The notes under the pieces: generated by a model
Seen by the model: only the letters and a program-made list of their open reading frames with translations
Told to the model about the DNA's origin: nothing
The model's database searches: none
In this document: piece by piece, positions 29,696 to 39,283 of the stretch
How the letters are laid out: every line of letters starts with the position of its first letter
Position numbering within the stretch: position 1 is the first letter of the stretch
Source of the DNA: an uncultured Methanosarcinales archaeon
Lineage (GTDB): Archaea; Nanobdellota; Nanobdellia; Woesearchaeales; CALCXY01
Reading direction: 5' to 3'
Length of the DNA: 64,000 nucleotides
Assembly (NCBI GenBank): GCA_964385185.1
Contig: CAYLOA010000001.1
Span: 12,507-76,506, forward strand
Program-made: the position numbers and the translations under genes

Positions 29696-32623
29696 ATGAT
29701 ATCAAATGTAAAAACACTATTCCATAGTCCAACTATAGTATCAGCGCCAGCTGCACAGTTTCATGCACACTTTTTTTCTGAAGAACAATTTTTAACAGGT
29801 GAAGGAGAATTAAAAAGTACTCCTGTGAGTAAAAAAACTTCTGATGAATCCAGATTGTTTGTAAGACTTGAAATTTCAGGTCCTAGCCTTGTTGCAAGAA
29901 TTGTAAGCGAATATGCACAACCTGGAATTGTAAATAAAGTTATGCAATCACTCTATTCTATTGATAGATCAGCAGCTTCTCTAGTAAATACTGAAAAATC
30001 ACAATCCTATCAACATGCAATTCAAACAGAATTTCCTACAATTAAGAGTAGACCTGCTGCAAATTATAATATTGAAGCTAAAGAAAAACCTGCAATAATT
30101 CATGAATTGCAACCTGCTCCAGAAGCACAAGTGCAAGTCTATGTCCCTCAAGATGTTTTAGTACAAACTACAGAAAGAGAGTTTGAACAAACAACAAAAA
30201 TAAAGGAACAACTCTACGCACAATATAATAATGATCAGGTATCAAGTTATCAGGCTACTCATGAATCACATATGAATGAAAATCCATTCTATCAAGTTTC
30301 AGGATTACATCTCCTTCAAGAAAAAGACATTGTAGAATATAATCCTAATCAACCTGAAAATAGAGAGATGGATGAAAGAAAGATTGAATATACTGCTCAG
30401 CCACAGATAGAAAATATCAAAAATAATTATTTAGAACACAATGCTGTATCATTTGAATTACCTATATTCAATCAAGAAAAAGAAATTCTACGACCTCAGA
30501 GAGATTTTGAACAGAGAAAAAATAACTATCAACCAAAGGAAAAAATAAGAAGAGACTTTCCAACATATACTAAAATTGATATGTCAATTGACTTAGAAAA
30601 TCCTACTAGAGATCATAGTCTAGATACAGAATCAATATCATATGAAATAACTGCAGAAACTTCAACTCCAATACATCAAACTTCAAGATTAGAAGCAAAA
30701 ATCCAACCACAAAATCAAACTGAAACATACACAGCAAAATCTACTCAAGAGAGACAATCTTCAGATATTACTTGGGAAGTACAGTCTTCTGAAGATGCAC
30801 GTCCTTTTCTTGGACATTCAATTGAATACTCTCACAAAACAGATTCTACTCCATCTCGTGATACAGATTACTCAGAACCAGCTATCACATACTCAGAAGA
30901 AGAAAGATTAGAAATTAAACTTGATCAAGATCCACATAAAGAAAATAACGAAAGACAGCCAAAAAGAAAAAGAGAATATCACCAGAAGAAGGAATCCAAA
31001 AAAGAACCTACTAAAAAATCTCATAAAATTGAATACAAAGATAATCCAACAACATCAACATATGAACAAAAGAAAGAATATACAGCAGAACCAACTAAAA
31101 TACATGAATTCAGAGAAAAAGAATTGAATATTCCAGAGTTTAGAAATGAATCTCATGAATTTCAATATCAAAAAGCAAAAGAAATTAAAACAGAAGTAAT
31201 CAAAAGTAACCAATTTGAAAAAAGAAATGAAGAATATGATTCTCCAGAATTAAAGGATACAAAAATCCATGACTTTAATCAATATAAAATAAAAAACAAT
31301 GCTTACACATCTAATCTAGATTCATTAGTCACAGAAAGTGAAGTTGAATCAGCACCACCTTGTGCTGTGAATTCATTAGAAACTGACAAGCCATGTACTG
31401 TAAATAGTTTAGAAAATATTGAAGACGGAACCTCTATAGTGGGTATTGTAAAAACAACTCAGGCAAATAACTGTTATGCACCTAAAACAGAAGAATTTTC
31501 AAAAGTAGAATCAACAAGAGATTTTGAATCATTTGGAGTGGACATATTAGCACAAAAAGGAATCGAATCAGTTGAAGATTTAATTGATAAAGAAGGAAAT
31601 ATTGACATAACAAAATTCGGAGATTCATATTCCTTACTGGGTGGAGGAGTAATGATAACCATCACAGAAGAGCAAGAAAATAGTTCTTTCGCATATGGAA
31701 TTAGAGGACAAGATAGATCAGATGTGGGAACTACCTATACAGGCATGGCAAATGAAGTAGGAGCTATACTCTTTAAAATCTTTGAAAAAAATGGTTTAAC
31801 CTTAGACATCACCACAATGGATGAAATCATTGAAGGAGAAAACTACACCGGTTCAAATCTTTATGTCACCGAAGTTACCGGTGGAAAAAGAGGATTAGAG
31901 AAAAAATTAAACCAAGTGATAGGTAAAGAAATAACTATTAACGATGTTCAATATTCAATTGTAGTAAAAGATGCTACAACAGGCCAAGAAATCTCTTGTA
32001 ACGCTTCTACAGGATTAACACAAGGAAACTACACTATAGATGTTATTACTAAAATTGGATCTGCAAATTTACAATCAGAAGTGTCTATGTCATTAGATGA
32101 AATAAACCTTGATAGGAACTTAGATAATGGATATGAAACTCCAAAATTTGCACATCTTGTCCATGAAGACACCGGAGAAAGACTTGATGGATATGCACTC
32201 CCAGAATTGGCATTTGAGTCTAATGGATATGAAACCATCATGGATCAATTCATAAGTTCATTAGAATCTGCAAATGCAGACTTTGAAGTAAAAACAATGA
32301 ACACACAAGAATATGGACAGGAGAAAGGAACCAACTTAAGATATGTTCGAACCATTGAAGGAGTGATTGACAATTATATGAAATTACACCCTAATGCACA
32401 AAAAGAAAAAGTAGGAATCTTATTAATGGAAACTGAATCTGGAAAAATTATGAGAGAACCAGGATATGGCGCTGAAGGATTGGACTATGCAGAAAAAGCT
32501 GGAAAGTCATATGTCCCAGTAATTTATGAATTAGGTGCTGATTTATCAAACTCACATGTTGAATTGCCTAAGCAAAATCGTGAAAATACAATTGATACCA
32601 TCTTCTCTAACTTAGCAGCATGA
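29696..32623 (+). CDS. hypothetical protein (975 aa) with central Q/E/N/K-rich disordered region and about 430-aa C-terminal globular domain
   Basis: No signal peptide. Contains a short internal repeat (PPCAVNSLETDKPCTVNSLEN). It overlaps the downstream methyltransferase by 4 nt (ATGA). Confidence 0.6.
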   Translation: MISNVKTLFHSPTIVSAPAAQFHAHFFSEEQFLTGEGELKSTPVSKKTSDESRLFVRLEISGPSLVARIVSEYAQPGIVNKVMQSLYSIDRSAASLVNTEKSQSYQHAIQTEFPTIKSRPAANYNIEAKEKPAIIHELQPAPEAQVQVYVPQDVLVQTTEREFEQTTKIKEQLYAQYNNDQVSSYQATHESHMNENPFYQVSGLHLLQEKDIVEYNPNQPENREMDERKIEYTAQPQIENIKNNYLEHNAVSFELPIFNQEKEILRPQRDFEQRKNNYQPKEKIRRDFPTYTKIDMSIDLENPTRDHSLDTESISYEITAETSTPIHQTSRLEAKIQPQNQTETYTAKSTQERQSSDITWEVQSSEDARPFLGHSIEYSHKTDSTPSRDTDYSEPAITYSEEERLEIKLDQDPHKENNERQPKRKREYHQKKESKKEPTKKSHKIEYKDNPTTSTYEQKKEYTAEPTKIHEFREKELNIPEFRNESHEFQYQKAKEIKTEVIKSNQFEKRNEEYDSPELKDTKIHDFNQYKIKNNAYTSNLDSLVTESEVESAPPCAVNSLETDKPCTVNSLENIEDGTSIVGIVKTTQANNCYAPKTEEFSKVESTRDFESFGVDILAQKGIESVEDLIDKEGNIDITKFGDSYSLLGGGVMITITEEQENSSFAYGIRGQDRSDVGTTYTGMANEVGAILFKIFEKNGLTLDITTMDEIIEGENYTGSNLYVTEVTGGKRGLEKKLNQVIGKEITINDVQYSIVVKDATTGQEISCNASTGLTQGNYTIDVITKIGSANLQSEVSMSLDEINLDRNLDNGYETPKFAHLVHEDTGERLDGYALPELAFESNGYETIMDQFISSLESANADFEVKTMNTQEYGQEKGTNLRYVRTIEGVIDNYMKLHPNAQKEKVGILLMETESGKIMREPGYGAEGLDYAEKAGKSYVPVIYELGADLSNSHVELPKQNRENTIDTIFSNLAA

Positions 32624-33135
32624 AATCTATTCAAGAATATTTCAAACAAGAAGACTCTAATTCTTTAGAAGAACATAATCTACCTTACGTCTATACAAAT
32701 AAAGGTGTATGGGCAGGAGCAAATCTAGAGGCATTAGAAGAATTCTTTAAACTCATAAAACTAGAATCCTTCAAATCATTTATAGACTTAGGGTGTGGTG
32801 ATGGGAGAGTTACCATCATGGCAGGCAATTTTACAAATGCTCTTGGCATTGAATCCGACATGAATCTTATAGGCAAAGCCCATAAAGCCATAAAAGAATT
32901 TAACAGCAAAGCTGAAGTAAAAATGGGAGACTTTTTTGATCTTGACCTTGCAAAATTCGATATCATTTTTATAAATCCAGATAAAGGATTCAATTATGGA
33001 TTAGAAAAAAAATTAATGAATGAACTAAAGGGCACGTTAGTAGTGTACAATAACTTATTTCTACCCAGATTTCTAAAACAAGGAGAAACCCATGTGTGTA
33101 AGGAAATTCCCATTACACTGTATACACAAGATTAA
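32620..33135 (+). CDS. small class I SAM-dependent methyltransferase
   Basis: Motif I is IDLGCGDGRV, with an acidic residue after beta-2 (IESD). Length is only 171 aa. Confidence 0.6.
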   Translation: MKSIQEYFKQEDSNSLEEHNLPYVYTNKGVWAGANLEALEEFFKLIKLESFKSFIDLGCGDGRVTIMAGNFTNALGIESDMNLIGKAHKAIKEFNSKAEVKMGDFFDLDLAKFDIIFINPDKGFNYGLEKKLMNELKGTLVVYNNLFLPRFLKQGETHVCKEIPITLYTQD

Positions 33136-33229
33136 TCATTCTATAATAGTAAACAAACCTTATATACGCTTTTCTTAAAATAAGAGGTGGAGGGGAATAA
33201 AGAGTAGTTTAACTTAGAAAAAGCACTAC

Positions 33230-34036
33230 ATGGTAAAATTCAAAATAGAGCGGAGAGATCATCCTCAAGTAAAGAGATATTCCTCTGAAGAGATTAAAAT
33301 AGCTAGAAAACTAGCAGACAGAATTTTAGAAGAATTTGGTTCATTTGTGAAATCAATTGTATTATTTGGATCTGCAGCGAGAGCTCAAGGTAAATCAAAA
33401 CCAGGCGATGTAGATGTATTAGTCATTGTAAACGATCTGAATATGGTCCTCAGTGGAGAAGCAGTAGAGACATACAGAGTTATCATGGAAAGATTAGTAC
33501 GTGACACATCAGATAGATTACACGTGACCACATTAAAACTATCCAACTTCTGGGATTATGTAAGATTAGGAGATCCTTTAGCAATTAATATCTTAAGAGA
33601 TGGAGTAGCTTTGATTGATACAGGAATCTTTGATCCTATGCAAGCATTGCTCTATATGGGAAGAATACGTCCTACCTATGAAGCTATCTTCACCTACTAC
33701 TCACGAGCACCTGCTACATTAGCAAACTCAAAATGGCACGTGTTACAAGCAACATTAGACCTGTACTGGGCAGTAATAGATGCTGCGCATGCAGCGTTAA
33801 TGAAACATGGTGAAATACCTCCATCTCCTGCTCACGTAGCAGATATGATGGAAAAAACTTTAGTTAAAGATAACCTTATTGAAAAACGATATGTAACTAC
33901 TATGAAAGATTTCTATGTCTTAGCTAAGAAAATCATGCACAGAGAATTAAAAGAAGTAACAGGAAAACAATTTGATCAATACTATAAACTTTCTGAAGAT
34001 TTTGTTAAAAGAATAAAGAAAATTATTGAACCATGA
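33230..34036 (+). CDS. nucleotidyltransferase (Pol-beta superfamily) with C-terminal helical domain
   Basis: LFGSAARAQGKSKPGDVDVLVIV matches the GS...DxD nucleotidyltransferase motif. A helical domain of about 160 aa follows. Confidence 0.6.
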   Translation: MVKFKIERRDHPQVKRYSSEEIKIARKLADRILEEFGSFVKSIVLFGSAARAQGKSKPGDVDVLVIVNDLNMVLSGEAVETYRVIMERLVRDTSDRLHVTTLKLSNFWDYVRLGDPLAINILRDGVALIDTGIFDPMQALLYMGRIRPTYEAIFTYYSRAPATLANSKWHVLQATLDLYWAVIDAAHAALMKHGEIPPSPAHVADMMEKTLVKDNLIEKRYVTTMKDFYVLAKKIMHRELKEVTGKQFDQYYKLSEDFVKRIKKIIEP

Positions 34037-34658
34037 ACATCTGAATATTCTACCAAAACCTTTTAAATGTCCATCTAATCCTATTACTATGTCATTCGAA
34101 GAACAAAAGAAAGTACAACTCGAAAAAAAGGATGCTTCTATTCAAGGAGAGATTGACATTGAAATTAGATATTTAGTAGACAAATTAAACGAGTATCCTT
34201 TCTTCTACACCACATCAAGTTGTGCAGGAAGAACATTACTGTTATCCAAAAAATCTGATAAAAAGTTTAACATTCAATGGATATACAAAGATCATAAAGA
34301 AGCAAACCTGAAAAAAATACAGGAAACTCTGAAAGAATTGCCAGATAATCCTGTCTGGATCAAACAAGAATCTGCAATACTCCACATCTGTTGTAAAGAT
34401 ATGGAAACAGCAGAAAGATTATTAGTTATTTGTAAAAATACGGGATTTAAATTCTCAGGAATATTATCAACAAAGAAAAGAATCATTGTCCAAGTAATGT
34501 CAAGTGAGAATTTAGAAACAATAGTCGCAGACAAAAAACAACTCTTAATCTCAGAAGAATATCTCATAAGATTAGTAGATGAATGCAATAAAAGAATGGA
34601 AAGAAATATATCTAGAATTAAGAGATTACATGACGGAATAGTTGAGGAGTTCAAATGA
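34026..34658 (+). CDS. taw3: tRNA wybutosine-synthesizing protein 3 homologue (Taw3/TYW3)
   Basis: The conserved TYW3 signature FFYTTSSCAGR is present. Length 210 aa. Confidence 0.7.
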   Translation: MNHEHLNILPKPFKCPSNPITMSFEEQKKVQLEKKDASIQGEIDIEIRYLVDKLNEYPFFYTTSSCAGRTLLLSKKSDKKFNIQWIYKDHKEANLKKIQETLKELPDNPVWIKQESAILHICCKDMETAERLLVICKNTGFKFSGILSTKKRIIVQVMSSENLETIVADKKQLLISEEYLIRLVDECNKRMERNISRIKRLHDGIVEEFK

Positions 34659-34990
34659 GCAAAGCATTAACACTATTATTAGTAAGATTAACACTCTCAA
34701 CTATTTTCATGCTTCAAGGTCTTTCAAATATCATTTGGCCTGATTATAGATTTGCAATACTAATAGGGATAATTGAAGCAATAGCCTCTATACTTCTTTT
34801 TTATGGCTTTTACAATAAACTTACGTCAATTATTCTAGGATTTCTGATGCTAGGAGCAATTGCCACCATACACTTACCAGAATCAGTAAAGCAATTAACA
34901 TTCACTCAAGGATTACAAGCCGATCTTATGATTTTTGTAGCTTGTTTTGTGATTTACTTCTTTGACGATCATGACGATTACGGAATGTGA
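34655..34990 (+). CDS. DoxX-like small membrane protein
   Basis: Three to four TM helices. Overlaps taw3 by 4 nt. Confidence 0.5.
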   Translation: MSKALTLLLVRLTLSTIFMLQGLSNIIWPDYRFAILIGIIEAIASILLFYGFYNKLTSIILGFLMLGAIATIHLPESVKQLTFTQGLQADLMIFVACFVIYFFDDHDDYGM

Positions 34991-35429
34991 GATATCCTAA
35001 TAATCCTACAACAAACACTACAAAACTCAACACAGGACCAAGATTTCTTTTAATTTTAGGAATTATTCTAAGAGTAGAGGATACCTGATAGGATTTTGAA
35101 TCTTTTGCAAAAACCTGAACATACAATTCAGGAAAGATATCCAATCCTGATGAAGGTGCACCAGAAAAACCTATAGTAAAAATATCATCACTATACTTTT
35201 CTTGGACCAAAGTAACTCTTTTTTCACTAAAAGAATCTATACTTCCTTGGGAGGGATTCCCCATATAAGATCTCCCAAGCAAAGAATAATTCACAGGGAA
35301 AGGATTTTGATTAAAAATAATAATCTCTCCCGCCTCCCCATCAGCTAAATACAATTCATTCGGTGCCACACCCAGTTGTTGACCCATTACCAAAGGTAAA
35401 CAAAGCAAAAATACAAATAAATACTTCAT
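34926..35429 (-). CDS. secreted protein with C-terminal TM anchor, unknown function
   Basis: N-terminal signal peptide and a C-terminal hydrophobic helix followed by basic residues. Confidence 0.5.
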   Translation of the reverse strand: MKYLFVFLLCLPLVMGQQLGVAPNELYLADGEAGEIIIFNQNPFPVNYSLLGRSYMGNPSQGSIDSFSEKRVTLVQEKYSDDIFTIGFSGAPSSGLDIFPELYVQVFAKDSKSYQVSSTLRIIPKIKRNLGPVLSFVVFVVGLLGYLTFRNRHDRQRSKSQNKLQKS

Positions 35430-35430
35430 T

Positions 35431-36645
35431 CTAACGACCTATGGCTTGAATAGCCAGTGCAGTGGTATATAACCCACTCGTGGCATTCTGAGGTATGATA
35501 AACTTTAAACTAAGTGGAATAGTTGCATCCAATCCTAAATTAATATTCTTTAGTAAATTCTGTGAAGCAGAGGAGAAATCTATCCCATTAAAACTAAACA
35601 GTGTATCACTAAAACTTCTCCCTTCACTGACATTTTTAGCACGAACACTCAAATCTAAAGGAATATTTCCAATATTTTTTATCGTAGGACTATCTGTGGT
35701 ACTTACTTTTTCGTCCCCTTTGATAAAAACCTCTTCACCGGGTCGTGCCTTTTGAACACTAATTGCAGAAGTGTCTAAAAAAATACCGGCCAAAGGCAAT
35801 ACAGTGACCGCAAATTGAAGAGGTAGTGTGGTATGTTTGCCCGTGGCGGTAATCGTGATATTATACTCTCCTGGTAATTGGTGATACCAAAAGGAAAACG
35901 TTCCAGTGTATTGAGAATGACTGTCATTAAGAGTTGCACCTTCCAATAAAACTGTTGAATTAAATATGTCCATCTTCACAGAAGTTATGACATCATTTCC
36001 TCCAAGAGTTATGTTTACAAAAACAGATCTCTTTTTTCCAGGAACAGGACTCACCTGTACTCCTTCTGAAAATAAATCGTCATCAATAGTAAAATTATAC
36101 AATGATAGTGTGTAAGCCTCTACTTCAACAGAAATAAGTAAAAGTCCATCAGATTGAACTGTACTACTGTTTCTTGGATCTGGTGAAAGAGCCTCAAATG
36201 TATTCGTATAACTTCCATTATCTAATTTTCTTTGTAAAGATTCTCTCACATCAACTGCATCTTCTCCCCAAGTTACTGTATCAACTATCTTTTCACCATC
36301 TAGAAGAGAAACAAATCCATCATCATTTGCAAGTGTTATCGCTTCAGCATAATCTGATTCATCCCAATTGAGATCGTCTCGTTTCTCCCATCCTGTATCA
36401 GTGACCAAATAATAAGAACCAGGAAGAATATGAGCTTCTGAAGGTAAGGTTACATCTTTAACAGAAGATTTAGTTGATAGAACCCATTCACTTATGGAAA
36501 CAGTAGTATCACCATTATTAAACAACTCTACAAACTCTCCTCCATTCTCTGTCCCCTTGGGATCAAAATAGACCTCAGTGATTAAAACTTCAGCCTGAAC
36601 AACACCACAAACTAATAATAACATAATTACTGCAATAATTCTCAT
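35431..36645 (-). CDS. secreted lamin-tail-domain (LTD) protein with Ig-like domains
   Basis: After a signal peptide, LITEVYFDPKGTENGGEFVELFNNGDTTVSISEWVLS matches the LTD consensus (I-EV...EFVEL-N-G...LSGW-L). Confidence 0.65.
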   Translation of the reverse strand: MRIIAVIMLLLVCGVVQAEVLITEVYFDPKGTENGGEFVELFNNGDTTVSISEWVLSTKSSVKDVTLPSEAHILPGSYYLVTDTGWEKRDDLNWDESDYAEAITLANDDGFVSLLDGEKIVDTVTWGEDAVDVRESLQRKLDNGSYTNTFEALSPDPRNSSTVQSDGLLLISVEVEAYTLSLYNFTIDDDLFSEGVQVSPVPGKKRSVFVNITLGGNDVITSVKMDIFNSTVLLEGATLNDSHSQYTGTFSFWYHQLPGEYNITITATGKHTTLPLQFAVTVLPLAGIFLDTSAISVQKARPGEEVFIKGDEKVSTTDSPTIKNIGNIPLDLSVRAKNVSEGRSFSDTLFSFNGIDFSSASQNLLKNINLGLDATIPLSLKFIIPQNATSGLYTTALAIQAIGR

Positions 36646-36738
36646 CGAAACACTCCAGAACCCAAATAATATGATAGAAAAAGTCCTTAATAAATCTTTA
36701 CAAAAAAAACTGGAAGAATTTCCGAAAAAAGAAAAAAA

Positions 36739-39144
36739 CTAAACTTTAGGCTTCAACAATTGTAAAAACAAAGCTCCTACTAATCCAATTACAATCAAAT
36801 TAGCTAAAATTAAAGCTGCAAAGTACAATGAAGAATCTTCCACTTGCTCAACAGTTACAAATCCACTTGCAACACTAGGTGTTGTAGGAGTTGATGGAGT
36901 TGGTGAAGTAGTAGTTGTAGGTGTTATAACAGTAACTTCTCCATCTGTTGTAGTGGTCACAGTTGGTGGTACCACAACTACAGGGACAGGCACATTCGTT
37001 TGACACTCAGCAATCTTTAAAATTTCAGTTTCAACATCAATAACCTTGTCTGTATCATAGAATAATCGCAGCTCAATAGGATAATCTCCTGATGCAACAC
37101 TATCTGGAACTCTAAAGTTAAATGTTTTCTCGAACGTATTATCTGAATTATCAATATCTTCATCCAATTCAAATTGTTCTTTGAAATCGATTCCTAAGTC
37201 ACTGCTCTTAACATGTAATACACTCTCATCCTCATCGGATGATCCAATATTTTGAGCAACTACTCGAAGGAGTCCATTCTTTTTACAAGTCAATATATTT
37301 GATTCTAATTCAGATCGTGCAATAATAAGTTTATGTCTATCTCTATCTACACGAAGTACCGTTCTAAACACAGCTTCGTGATCATTTCCATCCTCATCTT
37401 CTCCCTCAACCTCAATAAGTACGTCGTACTCATCTTCTTCAGCGTCTTCAGGAATATTGAAGGTAATCGTCTCAGTCTCGTCTTCATTTGCGTCAACATC
37501 GAATTTTTGAGATTCTTCTTCAAGTTCATCTCCATCATCAATATCGTCAATAGTTATAGTGATAAAAACATCTTCAATTTTAATATCTTGAGAAGAAGTA
37601 AATTTGTTTCGAATAGTAACTTCAAATTCAACCTCATCTCCAGGTTTTGCTCGTTTACTGATAGTACTTCCATCTACAATATTATTATCGGTACTATCAT
37701 CCACAGTAACATCAATATCGTCAATAATTAATTTACCTTCAATAAGTGCTTTAACACTAACGGAGGCGTTTAATTCTGCAGAACGTACTTGGATTGTTCC
37801 CAAAGTTTGATCTCCAGCTGTCTCACCCTCAGGTGCAAACAAAGTAATAGTAAAACTTCTAGATGCTCCAGAAGCAAGTGAACTAGTACTATTATCTGAA
37901 ACGCTAAAATTAAACCTACTAGGAATATTAGTATTAACTAAAGTTACATTGTTCAATGCATCATTTCCTGTGTTTGTAATACTAAATGTCTTTGATTTAC
38001 TCTCATTGGTATCTAGAGTTCCAATATCAACCGGTGATTCTGAAAAACTCAGAGTAAAAGTTGAAGGAGAAACACTCAAAGTAAACGTACTATTGACTGG
38101 AACTAATCCTGGATAATTTAGTGTAATATTTCCTTGATATGTTCCATTTGTAGTAGTACTAGGAATAGAGATATTCAATGTAGGAACTGTGGTTCCAGCA
38201 AAAGCAGTAGCAAAATTAGCAGGTAAAGTAACATTACCAGCCGCAATTCGGAAAGATCCATTATTGGTATCAACCAAATCAGTAATTGTAAAATTCAGTA
38301 CAGCTAAATCAGTATTTCCAGTATTACTTACCAAAATACTTGCATTTGCAGTCTTTCCGATAACTCCGGAAGTTGCTGATGCATTAATTGTTGCATTATC
38401 AATACCCAAAACTAGTGTATTGACAGATAAAACAACAGTATCTGAATTATTAGCTGAAAAATTAAAACTTGTAGTATAGGTATCGTTAAATGTTCCTGAT
38501 GGTACTGTTAATGTGTAGTTAAAAGTTGTTGAACCAGTTACAGGTACAGTAACTGGACTAGATACATTATATACAATTGGTGCAGAAACATTCTGTCTAC
38601 TTCCTTGTAAAGTAATGGAGGGTAAATCCACAGTTACATTAAAATCTGAGAGGCTAGTGGAAAGGGTAACTTCACCAGTTACAGTCCCTGATGCATTTGC
38701 ACGAAAATTATCTGAACTTAAAACACCGTTCAAAATATCTTTAGATGCCAAATTAAGAGTGATTGTATGTAAAGCTGATTGTGAAACATTATTTGTAAAG
38801 TTAACAACACCCACCAAAGATTCATTGTAGATAGTAGTTGGCGCTGTTACACTAATATTAATAGAAACACTCGTGCCATTAGTAATATTAAGAGGACTTG
38901 TAGCATTGTAAGTTAAAGCTAATACTTGTGTGGTAACCCCACCAACAAAGGTAGCATTAATAGGAAGAGTAAAGGTTTGATTTTCTCCAGCATTATCGTT
39001 GGATAAGACTACAGTTGACGTTAAAACTTGACTTTGAGTAGCATCAAATGTTGCAGAACTTGGGCTTACTGAAATTTCTCCAGCAGCAAAAACAACTAAT
39101 GTAAGAATCAATGCAATACCTATAAATGTAAATTGTTTATCCAT
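36739..39144 (-). CDS. cell-surface (S-layer-like) glycoprotein with Thr/Pro-rich stalk and C-terminal TM anchor
   Basis: Signal peptide, dozens of N-x-S/T sequons, an acidic DDIDDGDE block, a TTTTDGEVTVITPTTTTSPTPSTPTTPS linker and a terminal hydrophobic helix ending in KPKV. Confidence 0.65.
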   Translation of the reverse strand: MDKQFTFIGIALILTLVVFAAGEISVSPSSATFDATQSQVLTSTVVLSNDNAGENQTFTLPINATFVGGVTTQVLALTYNATSPLNITNGTSVSINISVTAPTTIYNESLVGVVNFTNNVSQSALHTITLNLASKDILNGVLSSDNFRANASGTVTGEVTLSTSLSDFNVTVDLPSITLQGSRQNVSAPIVYNVSSPVTVPVTGSTTFNYTLTVPSGTFNDTYTTSFNFSANNSDTVVLSVNTLVLGIDNATINASATSGVIGKTANASILVSNTGNTDLAVLNFTITDLVDTNNGSFRIAAGNVTLPANFATAFAGTTVPTLNISIPSTTTNGTYQGNITLNYPGLVPVNSTFTLSVSPSTFTLSFSESPVDIGTLDTNESKSKTFSITNTGNDALNNVTLVNTNIPSRFNFSVSDNSTSSLASGASRSFTITLFAPEGETAGDQTLGTIQVRSAELNASVSVKALIEGKLIIDDIDVTVDDSTDNNIVDGSTISKRAKPGDEVEFEVTIRNKFTSSQDIKIEDVFITITIDDIDDGDELEEESQKFDVDANEDETETITFNIPEDAEEDEYDVLIEVEGEDEDGNDHEAVFRTVLRVDRDRHKLIIARSELESNILTCKKNGLLRVVAQNIGSSDEDESVLHVKSSDLGIDFKEQFELDEDIDNSDNTFEKTFNFRVPDSVASGDYPIELRLFYDTDKVIDVETEILKIAECQTNVPVPVVVVPPTVTTTTDGEVTVITPTTTTSPTPSTPTTPSVASGFVTVEQVEDSSLYFAALILANLIVIGLVGALFLQLLKPKV

Positions 39145-39283
39145 ACCAATCCCCCGATAATTCTACTAAATTACTTCTTATATATAACTATTAGTATCTT
39201 GGAGTAGTTACATAGAATATAAAGACATCTGTAGTACAAAATATATATTACTCTCCTCTATATAATAAGAATTAAAATTTCAT

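Noticed and set aside
37333-38479. Several 65-130-aa ORFs antisense to the surface glycoprotein gene
   Set aside because: They have Ile/Asn/Ser-rich biased composition that reflects the sense-strand Thr/Asn/Val codons. This is typical of shadow ORFs.
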